Of a DNA stretch of 64,000 nt, positions 25,240 to 33,177 are shown in pieces. This DNA comes from an uncultured Solirubrobacterales bacterium. GTDB taxonomy: Bacteria; Actinomycetota; Thermoleophilia; Solirubrobacterales; 70-9. A program made the translations under genes and the position numbers. The stretch lies in assembly GCA_963841445.1 (NCBI GenBank), contig CAWJCP010000010.1:5420-69419 (forward strand), given 5' to 3'. The notes under the pieces are model-generated. The model did no database searches. It was not told the origin of the DNA and saw only the letters and a list, made by a program, of their open reading frames with translations. Every line of letters starts with the position of its first letter. Position 1 is the first letter of the stretch.

Positions 25240-26463
25240 GTGGCCACAGCGACCAGGACGAACGGCGCCTCGAACGTGATCAAGCCCGACCACGCGGCGG
25301 GCCGCAAGCACTTCATCTTCAGCGACGAGCACGAGGCGTTGCGGGAATCGCTTCAGTCCTGGGTCCAGAAGGAGCTCTACCCGCACCGCAACGAGTGGGA
25401 GGAGACCTACTGGCCGACCGAGGCGATGAAGCGGGCCGGCGAGCTCGGCTTCCTCGGCCTCTGCTTCCCGGAGCGGTACGGCGGCCAGGGCGGCGATTAC
25501 TACTACTCGCTGGTCCGCGCCGAGTGCATGAGCTACTCGGGCTCCGGCGGCACCAACATGGGCTTCGCGGTGCAGACCGACATGGTCCTGCCGCCGATCC
25601 ACCTGCTCGGCTCCGAGGAGCAGAAGCAGCGCTATCTGGTTCCCGGGATCAAGGGCGAGAAGGTCGGCTGCCTCGGGATAACGGAACCGGGCGCGGGGTC
25701 GGACGTGGCGGGAATCCGCACCACCGCGATCCGCGACGGCGACGAGTTCGTCATCAACGGCTCCAAGACCTTCATCACCAACGGCCCCCGGGCCGACTTC
25801 ATCGTCCTGGTCGCGAAGACCGACCCCGAGGCCCGCCACGAGGGAATCACCCTGTTCGTCGTCGACCTTCGCGACGAAAACGGCGAGCACGTCCCCGGCT
25901 TCACGGTCTCGGCCGAGCTGGAGAAGATGGGGATGCATGCCTCCGACACCGGCGAGCTCGCCTTCGACGACGTGCGGGTGCCGGCGGAGGCGATGCTCGG
26001 CGAGGAGGGCAAGGGCTTCTACCACATCAGCTGGGAGCTTCAGGGCGAGCGGCTGGTCGCCTCCGCCGGCTGTCATGCGGCGGGCGAGCGGATGATCGAG
26101 CGCACGCTGGAGTACGCAAAGGAGCGCGAGGCCTTCGGCCGTCCGATCGGCAAGTTCCAGGCGATCCGCCACAAGTTCGCCGAGATGGCCACCCAGGTCG
26201 AGGCGGCGAAACAGTTCAACTATGCAACCGCCTGGCGCTTCGCAAACGGCGAGTACCCGGTGCGCGAGATCACGATGGCGAAGCTGTTCGCCTCACGGGT
26301 CGCCTGCGAGGTCGCCGACGAGTGCGTGCAGATCCTCGGTGGCTACGGCTACATGAAGGAGTACGAGATCGAGCGCGCCTACCGCGACGTTCGCCTCAAC
26401 CGCATCGGCGCCGGAACCGACGAGATCATGCTCGACGTGATCGGGCGCTCGTACGGGCTGTAG
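25240..26463 (+). CDS. Acyl-CoA dehydrogenase (isovaleryl-CoA-dehydrogenase-like position)
   Basis: ...FSDEHEALRESLQSWVQKELYPHRNEWEE...CLGITEPGAGSDVAGIRTTA...FITNG...QILGGYGYMKEYEIERAYRDVRLNRIGAGTDEIM. The GTG start at 25240 is preceded by GGAGA. Confidence 0.85.
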   Translation: MATATRTNGASNVIKPDHAAGRKHFIFSDEHEALRESLQSWVQKELYPHRNEWEETYWPTEAMKRAGELGFLGLCFPERYGGQGGDYYYSLVRAECMSYSGSGGTNMGFAVQTDMVLPPIHLLGSEEQKQRYLVPGIKGEKVGCLGITEPGAGSDVAGIRTTAIRDGDEFVINGSKTFITNGPRADFIVLVAKTDPEARHEGITLFVVDLRDENGEHVPGFTVSAELEKMGMHASDTGELAFDDVRVPAEAMLGEEGKGFYHISWELQGERLVASAGCHAAGERMIERTLEYAKEREAFGRPIGKFQAIRHKFAEMATQVEAAKQFNYATAWRFANGEYPVREITMAKLFASRVACEVADECVQILGGYGYMKEYEIERAYRDVRLNRIGAGTDEIMLDVIGRSYGL

Positions 26464-26539
26464 GGCCCGAGATGCGGGCGAGGGCAATGCCCGTGAGCTC
26501 GGCGGAGTCGCGCCGCTGCGACGCTAGGCTGCGGAGACG

Positions 26540-26932
26540 ATGAGCGTCGGCTCGATCCTCACCCAGGGCGCGGCCGTACGGCTCGCCTTCGGCGCCTGCG
26601 CGCTGATCGAGCCAGAGGCGACGAGCCGCCTGCTCGGCGTGCCGGCGCGTCGGATCAACGACTCGAGCGCATACGTCCTGCGGCTGTTCGCCGCGCGCGA
26701 CGTGGTCCTCGGCCTCGTGACGGCCACCGCATCGAGCGCGACACCGCCGGCACAGCGGCGGGCGGTGATCGCCAACCTCACGGCGGAGATGGCCGACTCA
26801 GCTGCTCTCGCCCTCGAGGTTCGCCGGCGCGGCGGCCTGCGCGGCGACGTCCTCGCGGGGGCCCTGTTCAACCTGGCCGGCTACGCGACCTGGATCGCAG
26901 CGGCGCGGGCCCTGCGCGAACCGTCCGCGTAG
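26540..26932 (+). CDS. Hypothetical protein (possibly DUF4267-like), 130 aa
   Basis: High GC3 in this frame. It has two or three hydrophobic segments (AVRLAFGACALI, VVLGLVTATA, GALFNLAGYATWIAAA). I cannot assign a family with confidence. Confidence 0.5.
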   Translation: MSVGSILTQGAAVRLAFGACALIEPEATSRLLGVPARRINDSSAYVLRLFAARDVVLGLVTATASSATPPAQRRAVIANLTAEMADSAALALEVRRRGGLRGDVLAGALFNLAGYATWIAAARALREPSA

Positions 26933-26933
26933 A

Positions 26934-26991
26934 CGCCGGAACCGACGAGATCACACTCGCCGTGATCGGGCGCTCCTACGGGCTGTGGGCC
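26934..26991 (+). pseudogene. 58-nt relic copy of the 3' end of the acyl-CoA dehydrogenase gene (compare 26409-26467)
   Basis: CGCCGGAACCGACGAGATCA..CTCG.CGTGATCGGGCGCTC.TACGGGCTGT.GGGCC matches with about 5 differences. It encodes ...AGTDEITLAVIGRSYGLW versus the genuine ...AGTDEIMLDVIGRSYGL*. Confidence 0.6.
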
Positions 26992-26992
26992 G

Positions 26993-27376
26993 CTACCAGC
27001 GAACGGCGCTCTGGATCGCCTCGATCAGCTCCGCGCGGCTGAAGCCCTTCTCCAGGAAGGCGACGGCGCCAGTGGTGCCCATCTGAAGCGAGGCCGAGAC
27101 CGGATCGCCGGCGCTGATCCCGACGATGCGGATCTCGTCGCGCTTCGACTTCATAGTCTCGGCGGCCTTGGGGCCGCCGCCGTTGGGCATCATCCAGTCG
27201 GGCACCGCGACGTCGGGCTCGGTCTGCTCGGCAAGCGCGATGGCGCTGTTCGCGTCCTCGGCCGCGCCGACCGGCTCGACCGACTCGTCGCGGTTGATCA
27301 TGTCCGCAAGCAGCTCGCGAATGTCCTCGTCGTCGTCGGCGACCAGAACCCGGATAGGCTTCGATTCGTCGTTCAT
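26993..27376 (-). CDS. Orphan single-domain response regulator (CheY-like receiver)
   Basis: IRVLVADDDEDIRELLADMI...PDVAVPDWMMPNGGG...VGISAG...AFLEKGFSRAELIEAI. The start is taken at ATG 27376. Confidence 0.75.
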   Translation of the reverse strand: MNDESKPIRVLVADDDEDIRELLADMINRDESVEPVGAAEDANSAIALAEQTEPDVAVPDWMMPNGGGPKAAETMKSKRDEIRIVGISAGDPVSASLQMGTTGAVAFLEKGFSRAELIEAIQSAVRW

Positions 27377-27411
27377 CGGCGCCACGATAGCCAACCGCAA
27401 CGACGCTGAAC

Positions 27412-27879
27412 TTGCTGATCGCCGGGCTGGACGAAGTGTCGAATCTCGATCACATCCGCTCCTACTACGCGGCGCTGAACAGCGGCGACGTCGAGCGGAT
27501 CGCCTCGCACTTCACCGACGACGCCGTCCACTACTACACGCGGCTCGGTCCCCACGAGGGCGCTCGCGCGATCGCCGAGAACGCCAAGTGGGGCGTCGAG
27601 CAGGCCGATGGGCAATGGCATCTCGAGCACGGGATCGAGCAGGGCGACGAGGCCTGCATCGAGTGGTCGATGACCTGGCGTGACCCGAAGTCGGGCGAGA
27701 AGCGGATCAACCGCGGGGCCGAGCTCTTCCAGTTTCGCGACGGCAAGATCGCCGAGATCCGCGCCTATCACCACGGCGACCGCAAGAATCCGAGCGGCGA
27801 CCTGCTCGGCTTCGACCACAAGGGGCGCGGACACACGACGCTGGCGGACTGGCGACCCCCCGGCCCCGGGACCGACTGA
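27412..27879 (+). CDS. NTF2-like / SnoaL-like (ketosteroid-isomerase-fold) protein
   Basis: IRSYYAALNSGDVERIASHFTDDAVHYYTRLGPHEGARAI...CIEWSMTWRDPKSGEKRINRGAELFQFRDGKIAEIRAYHH. Confidence 0.7.
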   Translation: MLIAGLDEVSNLDHIRSYYAALNSGDVERIASHFTDDAVHYYTRLGPHEGARAIAENAKWGVEQADGQWHLEHGIEQGDEACIEWSMTWRDPKSGEKRINRGAELFQFRDGKIAEIRAYHHGDRKNPSGDLLGFDHKGRGHTTLADWRPPGPGTD

Positions 27880-27942
27880 GCATCTAGGTGCGCATGGCGA
27901 CATCAACTGCACAGTCGGCGGGGCTCGCGGTCGATCTGGCCG

Positions 27943-27960
27943 GATGACATGACAGTCATC
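27943..27960. promoter_or_regulatory. Inverted repeat GATGAC-ATGACA-GTCATC overlapping the ACAD start codon; candidate operator
   Basis: 6-bp perfect arms read directly from the sequence. The nested ATGAC-A-GTCAT includes ATG 27949. Confidence 0.3.
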
Positions 27961-29127
27961 AAGGACAGCGGGCGGCGCGCGCCCCTCCCGCCCTTCAGCG
28001 AGGAGCACGAGGAGCTGCGCGAGACGGTTCGCCGCTTCGTCAGCGCCGAGATCGCCCCGCACGTCGACGCGTGGGAGGAGGCGCGGCAGTTCCCGCGCGA
28101 GCTCTACAACCGCTGTGGCGAGCTCGGCTTCCTCGGCCTCAAGTTCCCCGAGGCCTACGGCGGCCAGGGAGGCAGCTACCTGCACGACGCGGTCTGGACC
28201 GAGGAGCTCTCGCGCTCGGGCGGCTCCGGCGGCGTCGCCGCGGGGCTCAATGCACACGCCTCGATCGCGATGCCGCCGATCTTCAACTTCGGCACCGAGG
28301 AACAGCGTCAAAGATGGGTCGTGCCGGGGATCAAGGGCTTAAAGATCGGCGCGCTGGGGATCACCGAGCCGGGCGCCGGGTCAGACGTGGCGAGCATCCG
28401 CACCACCGCCCGCCGCGAGGACGGCTACTACGTCGTCAACGGCGCCAAGACGTTCATCACCAACGGCGTCCGCGCCGACTTCCTGGTCTGCGCCTGCCGG
28501 ACGACCAGCGAGGGCGGCCACGGCGGGATCTCGTTCCTGGTCCTGGAGCGCGAGATGCGCGGGTATGAAGTGGCGCGCAAGCTGGAGAAGATGGGTTGGC
28601 ACGCCTCCGACACTGGCGAGCTCTCCTTCACTGACGTCGAGGTCCCGGCCGAGAACCTGCTCGGGGAGGAGAACGGCGGCTTTCATCTGATCATGGCCAA
28701 CTTCGCCTGGGAGCGGCTCGACATGGCGATCGGCGCGGTCGGCGGGATGCAGAAGGCGTTCGAGCGCACTCTCTCCTACGCGCTGGAGCGCCAGGCCTTC
28801 GGCCGCCCGATCGGGAAGTTCCAGGCGATCCGCCACAAGTTCGCCGAGATGGCGACCCGGATCGAGGCCTCGCGGGCGCTCACCTACAACGCCCTGCGCC
28901 TCTTTCACGAAGGCCAGGACTGCATCCGCGAGGTGACGATGGCAAAGCTTGAGACCCAGCGGGCGCTGGTCGAGATCGCCGACGAGTGCCTGCAGATCCA
29001 CGGCGGCTACGGCTACATGCGCGAGTACGGAATCGAGCGCGCGCTACGCGACGCCCGCCTCGGCCCGATCGGCGGCGGCACCGACGAGATCATGAAGGAG
29101 ATACTCGGCAAGCAGATGGGGTTGTAG
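27949..29127 (+). CDS. Acyl-CoA dehydrogenase
   Basis: FSEEHEELRETVRRFVSAEIAPHVDAWEE...GITEPGAGSDVASIRTTA...FITNG...QIHGGYGYMREYGIERALRDARLGPIGGGTDEIM. Confidence 0.85.
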   Translation: MTVIKDSGRRAPLPPFSEEHEELRETVRRFVSAEIAPHVDAWEEARQFPRELYNRCGELGFLGLKFPEAYGGQGGSYLHDAVWTEELSRSGGSGGVAAGLNAHASIAMPPIFNFGTEEQRQRWVVPGIKGLKIGALGITEPGAGSDVASIRTTARREDGYYVVNGAKTFITNGVRADFLVCACRTTSEGGHGGISFLVLEREMRGYEVARKLEKMGWHASDTGELSFTDVEVPAENLLGEENGGFHLIMANFAWERLDMAIGAVGGMQKAFERTLSYALERQAFGRPIGKFQAIRHKFAEMATRIEASRALTYNALRLFHEGQDCIREVTMAKLETQRALVEIADECLQIHGGYGYMREYGIERALRDARLGPIGGGTDEIMKEILGKQMGL

Positions 29128-29194
29128 GGGTCTAGAAGATTTCCGAGTCTCGCCGAATTCGTCGGCTGGACCTGAGGCAACAGAGACCGCAGGC

Positions 29195-29845
29195 CTAGCC
29201 ACGCCTCACGGCGTAGCCGCCGAGCCCGCGCTCCAGGGCGGCGAAGGCGATGTTCGCCTGGCTGCGCACCTCGCGCGCGATCTGATGGGCCGGCGCGCCG
29301 TCAAGAGTACGGCGGCGGACGAAGCCGATCAGCCCCCGATGCAGCCCGAGCATCGCGTCGGCCACCACCCGCGGCTCGACATCGTCGGGATCGGCTCCGG
29401 TCTCAGCGGCCAGCAATTCGGCCAGCGCCCCGGAGTAACCCGCGAAGACCTGGCGTTCGCGAGCGAGCAAAGCGGGGCTTTCGGTGATCACCCGCGTGAT
29501 CGTGCGCAGCTGCCGGGTCGCCTTCGCGTCGTCTTTGATCGCCAGCACACCGCGGCGGCCGAGCAGGAAGCGCCGGAAGGCCGCGAGGGCCGACTCCCCG
29601 CTCTTGCGGGTGCGGATCGCCTCCAGCAGCTCCTCCCCGAACTCCTCCAGGCGACTGTAGAAGAGGTCCTCCTTGGTCGGGAAGTAGTTGAAAACCGTCT
29701 TCTCGGCCACCTCGGCCTCGCGCGCCACCTCGGCGACCGTCACCGCATCGAAGCCGCGCTCCGCGAACAGGCGCCTGGCGGTTTCGGCGATCTGCAGCCG
29801 AGTCTGACTCTTCTTTCGCTCGCGAAGTCCCGGCTCTGCATTCAT
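29195..29845 (-). CDS. TetR/AcrR family transcriptional regulator
   Basis: RLQIAETARRLFAERGFDAVTVAEVAREAEVAEKTVFNYFPTKEDLF. Confidence 0.85.
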   Translation of the reverse strand: MNAEPGLRERKKSQTRLQIAETARRLFAERGFDAVTVAEVAREAEVAEKTVFNYFPTKEDLFYSRLEEFGEELLEAIRTRKSGESALAAFRRFLLGRRGVLAIKDDAKATRQLRTITRVITESPALLARERQVFAGYSGALAELLAAETGADPDDVEPRVVADAMLGLHRGLIGFVRRRTLDGAPAHQIAREVRSQANIAFAALERGLGGYAVRRG

Positions 29846-29876
29846 CAGGGATCTATGCTACTGTCGCTAGAAAGTT

Positions 29877-31412
29877 ATGGCAACTGTAAGATTGCAGCAG
29901 CACACCCGACGGAGAGCTCACAGACAACCGATGCACGCCCTTGCATCCCAGAGCCCGAACAGTCTTCCCGATCGTCCCGACGGCGCCAGGGTTGGGGTGC
30001 CGTTCGCGGCGATCGTGCTGGCGATGCTCCCCGCGGTGCTGGACCAGACGATCCTCGCCACCGCCCTGCCCACGATCGCCAGCGACCTCGGCAGCCTCAG
30101 CGACGTCTCCTGGGTCGTCACCGCTTACGTCGTCGCCGCCGCGGCTACAACTCCCCTGTGGGGCAAGCTCGGCGACCGCCACGGCCGCAAGCTGCTGTTG
30201 GAGGTCGCGCTGATTCTCTTCGTGACGGCCTCGGCTCTCTGCGTGACGGTGCAGGACATAACGCAGCTGATCGGATTGCGGATGATCCAGGGGGCGGCGG
30301 CCGGCGGCCTGATGACGCTGGCGATGGCCAGCGTCGGAGACCTTGTTGCGCCGCGCGAGCGCGGCCGCTACCAGGGCTACATCGCCGCGACCTTCGCGGT
30401 CGCGACCGTGATCGGCCCCCTGCTCGGCGGCCTGCTCGTGCAGCACGCGAGCTGGCGCTGGGTGTTCGTCGTCAACCTGCCGCTCGGCGCCGCCGCACTT
30501 ACCGGACTCGGCCTGCGGCTACCGGCGCCTACTGCAAAGCCATCCAAGGCCCCTCTCGACGCTGCCGGCGCCGCCCTGCTTGCCGGGGCGACCAGCGCGC
30601 TGATGCTGACATGCATCTGGGGCGGCCAGCGCTACGCCTGGGACTCGCCTGCGATCCTCGCCCTGACCGCTGCGACGATCATTTTGTCCGGCGCTCTAGT
30701 TGCCCTCGAGCGCCGCGCAGTCGACCCGATCGTCCCCTTCCACCTGCTGCGCACCAGAGCGGTGACGGTCGCGAGCGCGGCCCTGTTTCTGGGCACCGCG
30801 GCTCTTTTCTCGGTCACCGTCTTCGTTCCGCTTTTCCTGCAGACGACCACTGGCGCCACGCCTACCGAGGCGGGGCTGCTTCTGGTCCCGGCGATGCTCG
30901 GGATCACCATCTCAACGATGTTCTCGGGTCGCAGCATCGCTCGCAGCGGCCGCTTCAAGCGCTTCCCGGTCGCCGGCCTGGCGCTGATGGCGGCGGCGCT
31001 GGCGCTGCTTGCCGCGCTCGCCGGCCACCCGAGTCGGCTCGGGACCGCGATCGGCCTCGCCCTCTTCGGCCTGGGCTTCGGGATGGTCACCCAGATCCTC
31101 GTCGCCGCCGTCCAGAACAGCGTCGAGCGCCGTGACCTGGGGGTGGCCACCGCCGTCACCGGCTTCTTCCGGGCGCTCGGGGGCGCGGTCGGCGCCGCGG
31201 TGCTCGGCGCCGTGTTCGCGGCGCGGGCCGGGATCCATGCGTCGGAGGGCAACCCCGCCGCGCTCGGCGCAGCCGTCCGCAGCGAGGTGATCGACGGCGT
31301 GCAGGGCGTCTTCGCCGTCGCGGCGCCGCTTGTCGGCCTCGCCCTTTTGATTGTGCTCCTGCTCGAGGAAATGCCCCTGAAAGGCGCCGACGCGTCGGGT
31401 GCGGGCAGGTAG
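29877..31412 (+). CDS. MFS transporter, DHA2 (EmrB/QacA, 14-TMS) type
   Basis: ...LDQTILATALPTIASDLGSLSDVSWVVTAYVVAAAATTPLWGKLGDRHGRK...IQGAAAGGLM... It is divergent from the TetR gene with a 31-nt gap. Confidence 0.85.
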   Translation: MATVRLQQHTRRRAHRQPMHALASQSPNSLPDRPDGARVGVPFAAIVLAMLPAVLDQTILATALPTIASDLGSLSDVSWVVTAYVVAAAATTPLWGKLGDRHGRKLLLEVALILFVTASALCVTVQDITQLIGLRMIQGAAAGGLMTLAMASVGDLVAPRERGRYQGYIAATFAVATVIGPLLGGLLVQHASWRWVFVVNLPLGAAALTGLGLRLPAPTAKPSKAPLDAAGAALLAGATSALMLTCIWGGQRYAWDSPAILALTAATIILSGALVALERRAVDPIVPFHLLRTRAVTVASAALFLGTAALFSVTVFVPLFLQTTTGATPTEAGLLLVPAMLGITISTMFSGRSIARSGRFKRFPVAGLALMAAALALLAALAGHPSRLGTAIGLALFGLGFGMVTQILVAAVQNSVERRDLGVATAVTGFFRALGGAVGAAVLGAVFAARAGIHASEGNPAALGAAVRSEVIDGVQGVFAVAAPLVGLALLIVLLLEEMPLKGADASGAGR

Positions 31413-31417
31413 GGCTG

Positions 31418-31882
31418 ATGTCCGCCGCCCTCTATGACTGGCTGCTCTTCGGGCACATCGTCGCCGCGATGATCTGGCTGGGCGGCGCGGTCCTGCTCGG
31501 CGCCGTGGCCAGCACCGTGCTTCGCTCACCCGATCCCGATCTCCTCGGGCGCTTCTTGGCAGGGCTGCGGTATCTCGGCCCTCGCCTCCTCGCCCCGGCC
31601 ACCGTCGCCGTCTTGGGGCTCGGCATCTGGCTGGTGCTCAACGCCGCCGCTTGGGGATTCGATCAGCTGTGGGTCCAGCTTGCGGTGGGGCTGCTCCTGG
31701 CTGCCTTCTTGATCGGTGCTGCGCACCAGAGCAGGACCGCACTCGCCGCCGAGCGGGCCCATGACCGCGGAGACCATGACGAGGCACTGCGGCAGCTGCG
31801 GCGCTGGTCGTGGGGCTATTGGCTGATAGTCGGGCTTCTGATCGCTGCGACTTGGGACATGGTCAACAAGCCCGGCCTGTGA
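31418..31882 (+). CDS. Small integral membrane protein (about 4 TM; DUF2269-like?)
   Basis: MSAALYDWLLFGHIVAAMIWLGGAVLLGAV... has four hydrophobic helices. It starts 6 nt after the MFS stop. Confidence 0.55.
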   Translation: MSAALYDWLLFGHIVAAMIWLGGAVLLGAVASTVLRSPDPDLLGRFLAGLRYLGPRLLAPATVAVLGLGIWLVLNAAAWGFDQLWVQLAVGLLLAAFLIGAAHQSRTALAAERAHDRGDHDEALRQLRRWSWGYWLIVGLLIAATWDMVNKPGL

Positions 31883-31896
31883 AAGGAGCAACCGCA

Positions 31897-32146
31897 ATGT
31901 CCGCCAGATCCACCTCGCCCCGCGTCATTCTGCGAAGCGAGCAACACTTTCGCCAACCTAAGCGACGCACCCGCCCGACAGCTGATCGTCTGCACCCCGG
32001 CCGGGTTCGAGCGCTACTTCGCCCGCATCGCAGCCGAGCGCCAGGGCACACAGCCTCCCGAGTGGGCCATGCAGCCGATCCCCGACGTAACGCGCGTCGG
32101 CCCGGCTATCGACCCGACCAGCGAACGCCAGCGGGGATCGGCCTGA
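31897..32146 (+). pseudogene. Truncated/frameshifted cupin-domain gene remnant (C-terminal part only)
   Basis: One frame reads ...TFANLSDAPARQLIVCTPAGFERYFARIAAERQGTQPPEW...*, a typical cupin C-terminal pattern. The RBS-preceded ATG at 31897 (AAAGGAG-N8-ATG) is in a different frame. The N-terminal metal-binding strands are missing. Confidence 0.4.
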
Positions 32147-32312
32147 TGTCGCTTGGCCGAGAGCTGGATACCCGTGCGAACAAGGGCATTGACGGCGCGG
32201 CGGTCACCCTCGAGCTCGACCTCGCCCTCCTGCACCGCGTCCAGCAACGAGCGCCCGCCAAAGAACACGGAAGCGAGGCTGTCGGGGTCGGTTTGGATCC
32301 TCGCGAGGAGCC

Positions 32313-33164
32313 ATGAGCGAGCGCGACGGCTACGAGCACGGCGTCCCCTGCTTCGTTTCGGGCGTCTTCGCGGACCCCGACGCCGCAGCCTCCTTCTACT
32401 CGGAGCTGTTCGGCTGGGAGACCGCGGACCTGATGTCGGCCGATCACCCCGGCAGCTACCACGTCTGCCGGTTGCGTGGGCGGGACGTTGCCGCAATCGT
32501 CTCCCAGCACGGAGCTCCCGCCCCGCCCCAAGCGGTCTGGACGACGCTGATCTGGGTCGATTCGGCGGACGAGGCCGCCGCCAAGGCGAGGGGCGCCGGC
32601 GGCGGGGCGATCGGCGAGCCGTTCGACTCGCCGGGAGGCGGTCGGCAGGCGGTACTGACGGATCCTGCCGGAGCGGTGTTCTCCGTCTGGGAGCCGCGCG
32701 CGCGCCGCGGCGCCCAGCTCGTCAACGAGCCCGGCGCCTGGGCGATGAGCGCGCTGAGCTCCCCCGATCCCGATGGCGCGAAGCGCTTCTACGGCGAGCT
32801 CTTCGGCTGGAGCACCGAGTCGTTCGACATGGGCGGGGCCGAGATGCTGATGTGGACCGTCCCCGGCTACGTCGGCGGCGAGCCGCAGCAGCCCGTCCCC
32901 CGCGACGTGGTCGCGACCATGGCTCCGCCCGCCCCGGACAGGGACGGCCCCCCGCCGCACTGGAGCGTTGACTTCTGGGTCGCGAACATCGACGAGGCCT
33001 CCAGGAATGTTGCGGAGCGCGGCGGCGAGGTCCTCACCGGCCCCTACGACATCCCGAACACGGGGCTTCGCCAGGCCGTCGTGGTCGACCCGCAGGGCGC
33101 GAGCTTCTCGCTCACCCAGCCGCCCGGGCGGGCTGACCCCGTGCCGGGGATCGCTGGAACGTGA
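32313..33164 (+). CDS. VOC (glyoxalase/bleomycin-resistance/dioxygenase) family protein, two-domain
   Basis: ...AASFYSELFGWETADL...IGEPFDSPGGGRQAVLTDPAGAVFSVWE... is repeated as ...AKRFYGELFGWSTESF...TGPYDIPNTGLRQAVVVDPQGASFSLTQ. Confidence 0.8.
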   Translation: MSERDGYEHGVPCFVSGVFADPDAAASFYSELFGWETADLMSADHPGSYHVCRLRGRDVAAIVSQHGAPAPPQAVWTTLIWVDSADEAAAKARGAGGGAIGEPFDSPGGGRQAVLTDPAGAVFSVWEPRARRGAQLVNEPGAWAMSALSSPDPDGAKRFYGELFGWSTESFDMGGAEMLMWTVPGYVGGEPQQPVPRDVVATMAPPAPDRDGPPPHWSVDFWVANIDEASRNVAERGGEVLTGPYDIPNTGLRQAVVVDPQGASFSLTQPPGRADPVPGIAGT

Positions 33165-33177
33165 AAGGGATCACCAG

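Noticed and set aside
32106-32971. ORFs 32106-32960 (-) and 32153-32971 (+) overlapping the VOC gene
   Set aside because: The VOC-family frame (32313-33164) shows the duplicated glyoxalase-fold motifs. The other two are Arg-rich shadows. Only the short minus-strand segment 32165-32300 looks like a genuine relic, and it is reported under findings.
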